This document shows, in pieces, positions 17,812-28,354 of a stretch of 62,380 nt of DNA; within the stretch, counting starts at the first letter, position 1, and every line of letters starts with the position of its first letter. The notes beneath the pieces are model-generated. The model did not search any database. It worked only from the letters and a program-made list of their open reading frames with translations, and had not been told where the DNA came from. Position numbers and translations under genes: made by a program. The stretch spans positions 1 to 62,380 of the IMG/VR virus record IMGVR_UViG_3300037783_000004; one strand, written 5' to 3'. Origin of the DNA: a virus (Duplodnaviria; Caudoviricetes).

Positions 17812-18258
17812 GCGTGTATCTCCTACGCAGTTAGGCTCGGATCAGCCGGGATTGACGATCCACCCCATGAGCACCCTGTCCCTCTTCGAGGGACCGCGCG
17901 CGTGTGTACGGGAATCCCGCGCGAGGCAAATCCGCAGGGATGACAGGCCGCCGCCGCTGAGGTAAAAAACCCCATGACGCGGGTAGTTTTCACACGGGTA
18001 TCGTATGCGCGAGCAAGGGCGCATCTGGGACGCTTTCGCCATAGGCAAACCCTACAAAAGGGATTGAAACACACTGAAAACAAACGATTTTTTCCTTTCC
18101 GTGGGGCAGAAAAACGGCAATGTCGTTGCGGATTTGACGCTCTACGCGCATGGGGGGCGGGGGTATTGGCACCGCCGATTGGAGTCCCGCCTTTTCACGT
18201 CACCCGGTGCCTCGACTTGCGCGAGCAAAATTTGAAACGTCCCTAACAAGGTGTAAAC

Positions 18259-18693
18259 ATGACCAAGATCACAGGCAAAGATGTAGAGAAAGCGCTCGAA
18301 AGCGATGCGGCCCTCGTAAAGAAGGGCGAACGCGCGGGTAATAAGGAAATTCTTGCGGCATATGCCGCCGGAAAAATCAAACTTACGCCGCAACGTGTCG
18401 CACAATTGCGCAGTCGCATCGCAAACATAATCGCCGTCAACATGGATACGGCCTTCGACGTTATCGAAGGGACCAAAACGTGGACCCCAACACAGGCGCG
18501 CATCTTCCAAGCGCTCCTCAACAAGGTCGTTCCAGACATTAAAGCGTCTGTTCACCAGCACAATCACGTCCATACCGACGCCTCAAAGCTCTCACGTGAA
18601 GAGCTTATGCGCATTGCCTCCGAAGGAGCCATGGAAGACGAAGAAAGCGAAGACGTGGTAGACGCAGACTATAAAGAGGTAGAACCAACATGA
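18259..18693 (+). CDS. Terminase small subunit candidate
   Basis: First gene of the rightward block, two genes before terL; LLNKVVPD...LSREEL motif. Confidence 0.6.
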   Translation: MTKITGKDVEKALESDAALVKKGERAGNKEILAAYAAGKIKLTPQRVAQLRSRIANIIAVNMDTAFDVIEGTKTWTPTQARIFQALLNKVVPDIKASVHQHNHVHTDASKLSREELMRIASEGAMEDEESEDVVDADYKEVEPT

Positions 18694-18956
18694 CCAAACT
18701 CATCAACATCCCCGGCCAATCTGAGCCGAATATGGTCTCTAATCCCATCAAAGAGGCGCACGAGACATCTATCTCTGGCCTCGAACTCGGCAAAGCCATG
18801 GCCCAACTCGATCTAACGTCGGTTCCCGAACACCGTCGCCAAGAAGCAATCCTCGATCACTTCTTCAAAGTGATGACCGCCTCCGTAACTGACCCGCAAC
18901 TGCGCACCGAACTTGCGGGCTCCCGCATCCTCCGCAAGGGCAAAGTCAAATTATGA
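18690..18956 (+). CDS. Hypothetical protein
   Basis: Coupled between terS and terL. Confidence 0.7.
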   Translation: MTKLINIPGQSEPNMVSNPIKEAHETSISGLELGKAMAQLDLTSVPEHRRQEAILDHFFKVMTASVTDPQLRTELAGSRILRKGKVKL

Positions 18957-20602
18957 GCGAGCCTCGCCCAATCACGGCTGCCGAAGCGGCCAAACACCTC
19001 CTCAAACTCGATAAAGCCGCGTCCTCGTATCGCGGCTACATCGAGATGATCCATCCCGAATTCACGCTGACCCCCTTCCAAATCGAGATCATCGACACGC
19101 TCGACAAACTCGAAAAGGGTCTCCTCACCTCCAAAGACGGCACCCCCATCCGGGGCGTCCTCATGACCATGCCTCCTCGGCACGCCAAGTCCACCTTCTG
19201 CACCATTGGGTTCCCGGCCTACTACATGGCTCGCGACCCGACGCGCTTCGTACTCTCGACTTCATACAATGGTGAACTAGCAAAGGACTTTGGCCGCCAA
19301 TGCCGCGATCTCGCACAATCCGAAACCACAGCCCAAATCTTTCCAGACCTACGCCTAAACAACTCCTCCACGGCGGCGGACGTCTGGCGTACAGACGTTG
19401 GCGGTGCTTACTTCGGCGTGGGTATCGGGGGAACTACGACCGGGCGGCCCTCAAACCTCCTACTTATCGACGATCCGATCAAATCCCGCGAAGAGGCTGA
19501 GAGCATCACCATGCGTAACAAGGTGTGGAACTTCTACACCTCTGGCCTCCAAACTCGTAAACAGCCCGACCTCAACGGCAACCCGCCCATCGAAATCGTC
19601 GTCCTGACCCGCTGGCATCCAGACGATCTGGCTGGCCGCATCATGGCATCCGAAGACTGGAAAGAGGGCCGCTGGATACACCTCGACTATCAGGCCATCA
19701 CGACCGTCAAAGGCAAAAAAATCTCGCGGCGCGATCTCCCCAAAGATCACCCGATGTACGTCGAGAAGAACGTCCTCTCAACCATCACCAAATCCAAGCG
19801 CTTCGTCCAAGAAGAAAAGGAAGTCGCCCTCTGGCCCGAACGGTTCCCACTTGAAGACCTCAAGCGCAAGCAGCGAATGAACCCGCGCGACTTTGAAAGT
19901 CTCTACCAGCAACGTCCCTACATTGAAGGAGGCAACATCTTGAAGACCGAATGGTGGCGCTATTGGAACGAGGGGATGCGCCCAGAACAATTCGCCTCGC
20001 TCATCACCGTCGCGGACACCGCGTTCAAAAAGAACGAGACCGCCGACTACTCCGTCATTATGACTGGCGGCGTAACGCACGATGGCGACATCTACATCTT
20101 GGGCCTCGAACGCGGACGTTGGGAGTACCCCGAACTCAAGCAACGTCTCATCACCAACAACATGATGTACCGAGGCAACGGGCTCCGAGCCACCTACATC
20201 GAGGACAAAGCGTCTGGCCAATCTCTCATCCAAGACCTCCGCCGCCAATCTGGCCTCTCCGTCATTCCCTACAAAGTCGGGAACGACAAGGTCATGCGCG
20301 CCAACGCAGTTACGCCCCTCATCGAAGGTGGCCGCGTCTACCTACCCGAGGTCGCCCCATGGCTCGACGCCTTTATGCAGGAGTGCTCCGCGTTCCCATC
20401 GTCCAAGCACGACGACCAAGTGGACGCCCTCACCATGCTGCTCGACATTCTCAGTCGCCAAGGAGGACAAGACCTTGCAATGTTCCAAGGCGGCTTCGAC
20501 ATCTCTGGCTCCCTCAACCAGCAAGTTAAAACCACAATCGGCGGTCTCCGCGTCAACCAATCCGACCTCGCTGGCGGCATGTTCCGGCGCTGGGGCGAAT
20601 AG
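18953..20602 (+). CDS. terL: Terminase large subunit
   Basis: MPPRHAKS, LLIDDP, TRWH, LYQQRP, IEDKASG, HDDQVDA. Confidence 0.95.
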   Translation: MSEPRPITAAEAAKHLLKLDKAASSYRGYIEMIHPEFTLTPFQIEIIDTLDKLEKGLLTSKDGTPIRGVLMTMPPRHAKSTFCTIGFPAYYMARDPTRFVLSTSYNGELAKDFGRQCRDLAQSETTAQIFPDLRLNNSSTAADVWRTDVGGAYFGVGIGGTTTGRPSNLLLIDDPIKSREEAESITMRNKVWNFYTSGLQTRKQPDLNGNPPIEIVVLTRWHPDDLAGRIMASEDWKEGRWIHLDYQAITTVKGKKISRRDLPKDHPMYVEKNVLSTITKSKRFVQEEKEVALWPERFPLEDLKRKQRMNPRDFESLYQQRPYIEGGNILKTEWWRYWNEGMRPEQFASLITVADTAFKKNETADYSVIMTGGVTHDGDIYILGLERGRWEYPELKQRLITNNMMYRGNGLRATYIEDKASGQSLIQDLRRQSGLSVIPYKVGNDKVMRANAVTPLIEGGRVYLPEVAPWLDAFMQECSAFPSSKHDDQVDALTMLLDILSRQGGQDLAMFQGGFDISGSLNQQVKTTIGGLRVNQSDLAGGMFRRWGE

Positions 20603-20639
20603 GACGACACGCCACAAAACAACAGGATAGAAACGCAGG

Positions 20640-22562
20640 ATGGAAAAGCGCAACTACACCTCCGGCAACTACCAATCACTCACCGACGATGGCATCGTTG
20701 TTGACTTGAGTGAGCACATCAATAAGCTTGCCGCCTATGAAGACATCTCATCCGACCTCACAGAAGAGCAGGAACGCAAGATCGTCCAGTACGTCAAGTC
20801 GTGCCTCCAAATGTCGTACAACAAAATCAAGAACCGTTACGACCACTGGCGCGAAGCCGACCGTGCGCATGACGTCTATGTCGATCCGTCTGCCACAGAG
20901 TTTCGCGAGAAAGCGGTCATTGCCGATACGCGCGCCGTCGCGGACACAGTCCTTACCTACCTTATGGCTGCACTGGCTGGCCGAAACCCAATGTTTCAGT
21001 TGGAGGGCCTCAATCGAGAGAGCCGACAATCATCCCTCATTCTTGAGCGCGTCCTCCACAGCCAACTACGTCGAGGCGCTGGCGAGGCACGTCTTGCCCA
21101 AATGCTCCTCGACAGTGTAAGGTACGGCTTCGCACCTACACAAGTTCTCTGGAACAACAAGAACAACACCAATGAAATTGTCAATTCGGACCCCCGCCGT
21201 TGCTACCCTGATCCTCGCGTCTCGTGGGGAGACTGGCAAAACATGCAATACATCTGCTTCGTCCGACACAGCTCGTACAACGCTCTCTATTCATCCGGCC
21301 TTTACCCTAAGCTCAAGACGCACCCGGAACTTCGTAACCGTACTACCGCCCCTTCTCAGGGATGGGAGGCTCACCGCTTCCATGCTGAACAAGGGCGCGG
21401 CCTTAACATCGACCCAGCGAAACCAGAACAACGCGAGGGTGGGGAGCAATACTTCACACTTGGCAATAGCCGCGTCACTGATGAGTGCTGGCTCCGTCTC
21501 GCCGGATATGAGATTGGTGTTCCCTCTGTGGATGAAATCTGGCTCGTCGTTACCGTACTTGATGAAGAGGTATGCGTCCGCCTTCAACTCAACCCCTATG
21601 GCCGACAGTTCCCCAACGTCATTGGCTCGCTCCATAACGACGTTCACAAGACGTATGGTCAATCCCTCTACGACCTCATTCTCCCGATGCATGACATCGC
21701 GACGTGGCTCCTCCGCTCGCGCGTCGATAACGTCCAAGCCGCGCTCAACAATCTCATTTTCGCTGACCCCACCCAAGTCAACATCCCCGATCTCATTGAT
21801 CGAAATCCATGGGGAGTTGTTCGTACGCTACCGGGCACCAAACCGGGCGACGGAGTACACATCGCTCAAGTTCCCGACATCACCCGTGGTCACTGGAATG
21901 ACATCCAAGCGATGGGCGACCTCAAGCAAAGGGTCTCTGCTGCTAGCGATGCTCAGCAAGGTATGCCCACGCCCGATGTCCGCACAGCAACGGAAATTCA
22001 GCGGCTCACACAGTTGGGCTCACAGCGTCTCGGCGTCCTATCTCGCATCTGTTCCGCTATGACCGTGCGGCCAATGGTGCGCATGATGGTCGCCAACATC
22101 CAAGACGCGCCTGCCCTAGAAGGCTCCGTCCGCGTCAACGAAGACCAGATGCCAACCCAACTGGCCCCGCACGTCACTGACGGCTACATCGACTATGGCA
22201 TTCAGGACTTGCAAGGCGACATCGACTATCTCGTCATTGACGGCACGCTCCCAATCGAGCCGACCCGCAACGCCGAGACATGGATGAACATGCTCCAAAT
22301 CATGTCCCAGACTGGCCTCAACATGGAATACAAGATGGGAAAAATCGCTGAAGAAGCGATCCGCGCCCTTGGCGTATCCGACCTCGACCAGTTCCGCATC
22401 TCTCCCGAAGAGCGCCAAGCCAATGGCCTGTCCCCATCCCAAGAGATGGCCATGCGCGAAGCTGCGCGCGGCGCATCAGTCCAACCCAACGAGAACGTCC
22501 AGCGCGAAGTCGAAAAAGGCAACCTCGTCCCACTCAGCCAAGCCCCACGGAGAGCAGCATGA
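20640..22562 (+). CDS. Portal protein
   Basis: 640 aa directly after terL; P22/SU10-type features (RTATEI). Confidence 0.85.
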   Translation: MEKRNYTSGNYQSLTDDGIVVDLSEHINKLAAYEDISSDLTEEQERKIVQYVKSCLQMSYNKIKNRYDHWREADRAHDVYVDPSATEFREKAVIADTRAVADTVLTYLMAALAGRNPMFQLEGLNRESRQSSLILERVLHSQLRRGAGEARLAQMLLDSVRYGFAPTQVLWNNKNNTNEIVNSDPRRCYPDPRVSWGDWQNMQYICFVRHSSYNALYSSGLYPKLKTHPELRNRTTAPSQGWEAHRFHAEQGRGLNIDPAKPEQREGGEQYFTLGNSRVTDECWLRLAGYEIGVPSVDEIWLVVTVLDEEVCVRLQLNPYGRQFPNVIGSLHNDVHKTYGQSLYDLILPMHDIATWLLRSRVDNVQAALNNLIFADPTQVNIPDLIDRNPWGVVRTLPGTKPGDGVHIAQVPDITRGHWNDIQAMGDLKQRVSAASDAQQGMPTPDVRTATEIQRLTQLGSQRLGVLSRICSAMTVRPMVRMMVANIQDAPALEGSVRVNEDQMPTQLAPHVTDGYIDYGIQDLQGDIDYLVIDGTLPIEPTRNAETWMNMLQIMSQTGLNMEYKMGKIAEEAIRALGVSDLDQFRISPEERQANGLSPSQEMAMREAARGASVQPNENVQREVEKGNLVPLSQAPRRAA

Positions 22563-22732
22563 GATACGGCAAAAAACTAGAGGCGCTTCTCGCCAACCAG
22601 CCCGGACCAACCCAAGACCTCATCCGTGAAGTCTTGGACGTTATCGTACGCGAACACTCAACCTCAATCACAGACCTCAAAAAGAAAGTCATTAAACTCG
22701 AACGTCGAATTGAGGAGCTTGAAATCCGATGA
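22559..22732 (+). CDS. 57-aa coiled-coil protein (not in ORF track)
   Basis: MRYGKKLEALL...KLERRIEELEIR; ATGA overlaps at both ends. Confidence 0.6.
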   Translation: MRYGKKLEALLANQPGPTQDLIREVLDVIVREHSTSITDLKKKVIKLERRIEELEIR

Positions 22733-24729
22733 CCCAGACGCGCCCAAAGGGCGAACAGCTCGAATTCAAATCCGCCAAGACTGGCGATCACATCCTAGAC
22801 GACTACCTCGAAGCAGCCGAGCGTGGCACAAAAACTATTGGCGACATGCTGGGCGCAATGTTCGACGTCTCTGGCAATTTCGACGCTTCACTCTTCGAGT
22901 TCCGCTACGACCCTACAACATCAAAACTCCAATTCCAGATCAACAGTGAAGGCTGGCAAGACACGGGTGCATACATCTTCCGAGATAGAGGAGCACATGC
23001 CGATGCAACTGCGTATGAAGTGGGAGACATTGTCACCTATAACGGCGACACCTACCTCGCGAACACAGCCCACACTTCCTCAAGCGCCGTACCCGACGGG
23101 AATTTCACCAAAATCGTTGACGCGTCCCTCGCCCAAGACTGGGCAACCAAAACGGACGGCGACGTCAACTCCACCGGAGAATACTCTGCCAAAGCTTACG
23201 CTCAAGGAGGCACAGGCATTGACGGAGTTACTGGGTCCGCCAAAGACTGGGCGCAACTCACCGGATCAACGGTCGATGGCGTCAATTATTCAGCCAAGCA
23301 CTGGGCCACGTCGGCGGATGTTGTTGCGGTTGCCGCAATCGACACGGAAGTCGCAGCAGTCGCGGGCATCTCAGCCAACGTCGTCACCGTCGCTGGCATC
23401 TCCTCAGATGTCACCACAGTTGCAGGCATTGCAGGCGATGTTACAACTGTTGCAGGAGACAGTGCCGACATCGCCACTGTCGCCGGAGACACCACTCACA
23501 TCCAAGCACTCGGACCAATCTCGGCTGCTATCGCTACCGTATCTGGGATTAGTGCCAACGTCTCGACCGTAGCTGGAATTTCCGCCGATGTCTCGTCTGT
23601 TGCTGGCATCTCCTCAGATGTCACCGTCGTGGCCGGAGACACAACCAACATCGGCATCGTCGCAACTGACCTCAACGGAACCGACACAATCGGAACCGTT
23701 GCCTCCGCGATCTCCAACGTCGGTATCGTCGCGGGCGGCATCGCCAACGTAAACACGGTCGCTGGCTCAATCGCCAACGTCAACACCGTTGCAGGCGACA
23801 TCGCGAACGTCAACACGGCTGCCACCAACATCGCCTCGATCAACAACTTCGCAGACCGCTACACTATCAGCGCCTCCGAACCCGGCACACCCACAGAGGG
23901 CGACCTCTGGTGGGATACCGTCAACGACGTCATGAAAGTCTACGACGGCGCGTCATTCGTCAGCTCTGCCGCCTTTGGCTCGCTGAACATCGAAGACCTC
24001 GCCAATGTCTCGTCTGGCCACTCAAGCGACGACGTCCTGATCTACAACGGCTCGGTCTACACGCCCGTCGCCCTCAACATCGAAGCAGTCCTCTCACGCG
24101 GCGCAACCGCCACGACCAACCCGGTCTTTCCGGCACCAACACTCGATGGCCATGGCGCGAACAAGCTCTATGTGGACACCGCCATCAACGACTTGATCGG
24201 CGGCGCACCCTCGACGCTGGACACTCTCAACGAGATCGCCGCTGCCCTCAACGATGACGCCAACGCCTACGCCGTTCTCGAAGCCCTGATCCTCGCCAAC
24301 CTCGACTTGGCTGGCACCCGCTCAATGACGGGCAACCTCAATCTGGGCAACAACCGCCTCACCAACGGCAACCTCAACAACATCAATGAAGCCCTCAACG
24401 TCAACACATCGACTGGAACAGACGTCACAGTCCCCGACGGTGCCAACGCCGCCCAGTACACGCTGACTGCCAGCGTCAACATCACGCTGCCGGACACGAC
24501 CGAACTCGACACGGACAGCGTGCGCACAATCACAGTCGTCGTCAAGCAAGACGCAACTGGCGGACGCGTCCCGACGTTCCTCGCTCCATCTGGCTTCGCA
24601 CTCAAGTGGAACAGCTCGGCTTCCCAGCCTGCCGCGCAAACCGACGCGAACAAGACGACAATCTACACCTTCACCCTTATAAAGGGCGATACCGACATCT
24701 ATTCATCGCTCAGTTTCTACGAGGAGTAA
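22729..24729 (+). CDS. Tail fibre protein
   Basis: CBM5/12-like YEVGDIVTYNGDTY; 10-aa VTTVAG repeats; GAPSTLDTLNEIAAAL motif. Confidence 0.85.
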   Translation: MTQTRPKGEQLEFKSAKTGDHILDDYLEAAERGTKTIGDMLGAMFDVSGNFDASLFEFRYDPTTSKLQFQINSEGWQDTGAYIFRDRGAHADATAYEVGDIVTYNGDTYLANTAHTSSSAVPDGNFTKIVDASLAQDWATKTDGDVNSTGEYSAKAYAQGGTGIDGVTGSAKDWAQLTGSTVDGVNYSAKHWATSADVVAVAAIDTEVAAVAGISANVVTVAGISSDVTTVAGIAGDVTTVAGDSADIATVAGDTTHIQALGPISAAIATVSGISANVSTVAGISADVSSVAGISSDVTVVAGDTTNIGIVATDLNGTDTIGTVASAISNVGIVAGGIANVNTVAGSIANVNTVAGDIANVNTAATNIASINNFADRYTISASEPGTPTEGDLWWDTVNDVMKVYDGASFVSSAAFGSLNIEDLANVSSGHSSDDVLIYNGSVYTPVALNIEAVLSRGATATTNPVFPAPTLDGHGANKLYVDTAINDLIGGAPSTLDTLNEIAAALNDDANAYAVLEALILANLDLAGTRSMTGNLNLGNNRLTNGNLNNINEALNVNTSTGTDVTVPDGANAAQYTLTASVNITLPDTTELDTDSVRTITVVVKQDATGGRVPTFLAPSGFALKWNSSASQPAAQTDANKTTIYTFTLIKGDTDIYSSLSFYEE

Positions 24730-24732
24730 TCA

Positions 24733-25065
24733 ATGAGCAAAATCGTCAAATACGACCGTATCACCCTCTCCGCTCAGCGAGGCTGCGTTCATGGACGTGC
24801 GCTGCGACGCTGGCTCGAAGATAACGGCATTGAGTTTCGCAACTTGGAATACGACGACACAACCGAAACCCTCGCCGCACTTGGCACGTGGTTCCGAGAC
24901 GATGCGGGCACCGACAAGAAGTTCGATTGCCCATCAGTCGTAACGTGGGATGGCGTCAAGTGGGAGAGCCCGGAAGACCCGGACGAGCGCTTTGCCGTCC
25001 AAGGCTACGCCGAACGCCCCGACGCATTCCCCGCCGACTTCGTGGAAAAAGCCATCAAGGAGTAA
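24733..25065 (+). CDS. Glutaredoxin/thioredoxin-fold-like protein
   Basis: GCVHG...WLEDNGIEF...CPSVV pattern. Confidence 0.5.
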   Translation: MSKIVKYDRITLSAQRGCVHGRALRRWLEDNGIEFRNLEYDDTTETLAALGTWFRDDAGTDKKFDCPSVVTWDGVKWESPEDPDERFAVQGYAERPDAFPADFVEKAIKE

Positions 25066-25068
25066 CCC

Positions 25069-27387
25069 TTGAAGACCAAGCGCCTGTTCCCAGCCGGATC
25101 GCAAACATTCAACGCTCCCGGCACATTCACTCCGCCTCCCGGCATCTCAGTCGTCACCGTCTCGACGCGTGGCGGAATTGGTGGTGACGGAAACCCCGGC
25201 GCGTCCGGCAACCCCGGAAGCAAGGGCACAGATGGCAATCCCGGCAACCCCGGTAACAATGGCACAGGCGGCGCAGGCGGCTCCGCTGGCAACGCGGGCA
25301 ACCCCGGCAACTCAGGCACCAACGGCTCCCGAGGAAACGGCGGCTCAGCGGGCAACCCCGGCACAGCAGGCAACTCAGGCAATCCCGGCAATAACGGCGC
25401 ACGCGGTAACGGCGGCGTTGGTGGACCGGGCGGTACAGGCAACCCCGGAAACGCAGGCAACGGTGGCTCCCACGGCGGCGGCGGCGGCGGTGGTGGCGGA
25501 GGGGGAAACGACGGCAAGAACCCCTACTCAGGAAACCCCGGCGCAAACGGCGGAAGCGCGTCCCCCGGCTCTGGCGGAGGAACTGGCGGAACCGGGGCAG
25601 GCAACAATGGTACAGGCCAAAACCCCGGCAATGCTGGCGGTACGGGCGGCACAGGAACCGCTGGATCATCTGGCAACGCGAATAATGCCCCAAACAATTG
25701 GCCATCCAAAAACGGCAATCCCGGCAACTCCGGAGCCAATGGTAATGCGGGCAACGTCGGCGCAAATGGCACGGGCGCGACTGGCGGCAATCCCGGCAAT
25801 GCTGGCTCAAACGGTAACGTCGGGAACAACGGCAACGGTGCAACCAACGGCTCTGCCGGAAATCCCGGTGCAGCAGGAAACCCCGGTTCGTCCGGCTCCG
25901 CTGGCTCACCCGGAAACGCAGGCGCAGCGGGCAATCCCGGCTCACCCGGCGAAGCCTCCTCCTTTGGCTCCTCGATCTACGACAGTGAGCGCCCGTCAAC
26001 CACCACAGACTTTGTGGACGGCTACACCACATTCCCCGGATCAGCTCTTGGCGGCACAGCCGTCGCAGAAGTCTCTGGCGAAGGTGACGTCTGGGAGTAT
26101 GACGGAACGTCTGACACATCCCTCAAAGACTTCTCGAATGCCGAACTCATCGATCTCGAAACCGAGACCAACTACCAAGTCGCAATGCGCTTTCGCATCA
26201 CGCAGGACGGCGACACCAATAACTATGTCGGCGGCCTGATCGCGTGCTTTGACGCATCCGATAACTACCTTGGCTGGGTCGGATACTCGGCCAATGGACC
26301 CCACGCCGTTGCTGACGGCTGGCAAACCGTCAATTGCACAGGTATCGTCACATACGACGCCATCATCGCAGCCTATCCAACCACAGCCAAAATCAAGGGC
26401 ATGTGGCGCATCAACTACGACCTCGACAATTCGCCAAACCTCTCAGCCGACAGCATCACGCAAGTCGCGTGGGCTCGCGTCAAACGCGTCTGGGCTGGCG
26501 GTGCAGGCGGACCCGGCGGACCCGGCGGCAACGCAGGTGTAGGTGGCCCCGCAGGGAACGCAGGCAACGGCGGAGCCGCTGGCAACCCCGGCGCATCAGG
26601 TAACGCAGGAAACAACGGAGCGCGAGGAAACGGTGGCTCGGCGGGGAATCCGGGTAATCCCGGCAATAGTGGCACAAATGGTGCCCGTGGTAATGGCGGC
26701 GCTCGCGGCAATGCTGGCAACGCAGGAAATCCGGGCAATGCTGGCACAAAAGGAAATAACGGCTCAGCGGGCACTGGTGGTGCCGCTGGCAACGCCGGAG
26801 GTGGAGGGGACGGCGGTGCCGCCATGAGCCTCGTCAACCTCAACTACAACCAAGCCCCCACAGGCTCCCCCACTGGAAACTACAACCCCGGCAACGTCGG
26901 GAACGGCGGACTTGGCGGAACCAACAGCCTGAACGGTTCTTCTCACCGTGGCCAGCAGGGTGGTCAGGGCGGACGTGGCGGCAATGGCGGCAATGGAAAC
27001 GCAGGCTCCAACGGAAACACGGGCGCTGCGGGCAACGTGGGCAGCAACGGAAACGGAGCCAACAATGGCGCAGCAGGAAACCCCGGCAACGCAGGTTCCA
27101 ATGGTAACGTCGGCTCCAACGGAAACGGAGCAACGTCTGGCAACCCCGGAACCAACGGCAATGCTGGCAACACTGGCGCGGCGGGTACAGGCGCAACGTC
27201 TGGCAATCCCGGCAACGCCGCACCCAACACGTGGCCATCCCAAAGCGGAAACTCTGGAACAGCCGGAACACCGGGCAACACCCCCTCTGTAGTTGACAAA
27301 GTGTTCCGATTGAGCGACAACAATGAGGCTCTGGATGTGGAGGTCGCAACCGGACAATCACTCACAGTCTCATGGGAAGCTCAATGA
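25069..27387 (+). CDS. Gly-X-Y (GNP/GNA) repeat fibre or adhesin with central globular domain
   Basis: TTG start with AAGGAG; FNAPGTFTPPPG glycine-rich-domain start; long triplet-Gly arms. Confidence 0.85.
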   Translation: MKTKRLFPAGSQTFNAPGTFTPPPGISVVTVSTRGGIGGDGNPGASGNPGSKGTDGNPGNPGNNGTGGAGGSAGNAGNPGNSGTNGSRGNGGSAGNPGTAGNSGNPGNNGARGNGGVGGPGGTGNPGNAGNGGSHGGGGGGGGGGGNDGKNPYSGNPGANGGSASPGSGGGTGGTGAGNNGTGQNPGNAGGTGGTGTAGSSGNANNAPNNWPSKNGNPGNSGANGNAGNVGANGTGATGGNPGNAGSNGNVGNNGNGATNGSAGNPGAAGNPGSSGSAGSPGNAGAAGNPGSPGEASSFGSSIYDSERPSTTTDFVDGYTTFPGSALGGTAVAEVSGEGDVWEYDGTSDTSLKDFSNAELIDLETETNYQVAMRFRITQDGDTNNYVGGLIACFDASDNYLGWVGYSANGPHAVADGWQTVNCTGIVTYDAIIAAYPTTAKIKGMWRINYDLDNSPNLSADSITQVAWARVKRVWAGGAGGPGGPGGNAGVGGPAGNAGNGGAAGNPGASGNAGNNGARGNGGSAGNPGNPGNSGTNGARGNGGARGNAGNAGNPGNAGTKGNNGSAGTGGAAGNAGGGGDGGAAMSLVNLNYNQAPTGSPTGNYNPGNVGNGGLGGTNSLNGSSHRGQQGGQGGRGGNGGNGNAGSNGNTGAAGNVGSNGNGANNGAAGNPGNAGSNGNVGSNGNGATSGNPGTNGNAGNTGAAGTGATSGNPGNAAPNTWPSQSGNSGTAGTPGNTPSVVDKVFRLSDNNEALDVEVATGQSLTVSWEAQ

Positions 27388-28079
27388 TCAACCGAAAACC
27401 AAAGATCGAATTCACAACTGAACCCCACCTCTTCGATGTAATTCCTCACCCCAAGCCAGCACGCAAGGTGATCCCGGACTGGTACAAGCGGCTGGCCAAC
27501 TTTTACACGGGCGATAACGGGTTCAGCGAGCGCACAATCAAGCGCTGCCCGCCCGTCCTCGACACCCTCACCACTGGCTGGATCATTGGCACACCCGCCG
27601 ACATCGATCTTATCATCTCCGATGACGGCTCTGCTATCGAGTGGCGCAGCGATTTCATTGAGCCTGTACTCGAAGAGCATCCTCAAGCCCAATTCACTGG
27701 CCACCCAAATCAACCTCAACCCGGCATGAAGTTCCGCAATTACTGGAACATCAAAACTCCGCCCGGATGGTCAACGCTGTTTGTTCCGCCTCTCAATCGA
27801 CCACGCGGCCCAGTCGAGGCCATTCCCGGTATTGTCGAGACCGACAAGTATTATGAGTACATCAACTTCCCATCATTCTTCACTGGCAACCACGGGACGA
27901 CATTTACCCTCCCCCGCGACTATCCTCTCATCCAAGCCATCCCCTTCAAGCGCGGCTTTGAACCAAAAGCCGTAATCCGCGCCGCCAACCAGAAAGACCT
28001 CAAGCGGATGAAATTGACGAGGGACAAAAGATCAAGTAAGCTGTCGCTATATCGTGACACTATGTGGGAAAGAAAATGA
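27384..28079 (+). CDS. DUF6065-like protein
   Basis: IKRCPP, IKTPPGWSTLF, PGIVETD, PLIQAIPFKR. Confidence 0.7.
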   Translation: MINRKPKIEFTTEPHLFDVIPHPKPARKVIPDWYKRLANFYTGDNGFSERTIKRCPPVLDTLTTGWIIGTPADIDLIISDDGSAIEWRSDFIEPVLEEHPQAQFTGHPNQPQPGMKFRNYWNIKTPPGWSTLFVPPLNRPRGPVEAIPGIVETDKYYEYINFPSFFTGNHGTTFTLPRDYPLIQAIPFKRGFEPKAVIRAANQKDLKRMKLTRDKRSSKLSLYRDTMWERK

Positions 28080-28354
28080 GCAAAGACAAAGACATCGACG
28101 TCGAATACGAAATCGTTGAATTCGTTGGCGGCGCAAACCCGACATATCGGGTGGCGTACAACCACCCTAAGCATGGCTGGCGCAAGATCGATGTTCCCGC
28201 TTTCATCGACCCCAACAACAACACTGTTCAACTCGCACGGACCCGCTCTCAAATCGAGACCCACATCAAAGATTTGTGCGCGATCCGCACAACTCCCAAG
28301 GACGCCGAGGCTCTGATCGGCTACAAGGGCAACACCAGACGGAAGAAAATCTAA
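28076..28354 (+). CDS. Hypothetical protein
   Basis: Coupled in operon. Confidence 0.6.
   Translation: MSKDKDIDVEYEIVEFVGGANPTYRVAYNHPKHGWRKIDVPAFIDPNNNTVQLARTRSQIETHIKDLCAIRTTPKDAEALIGYKGNTRRKKI

Noticed and set aside
23300-27300. DNA repeat arrays or diversity-generating retroelement
   Set aside because: Repeats are degenerate codon-level protein repeats; no reverse transcriptase or TR/VR pair seen
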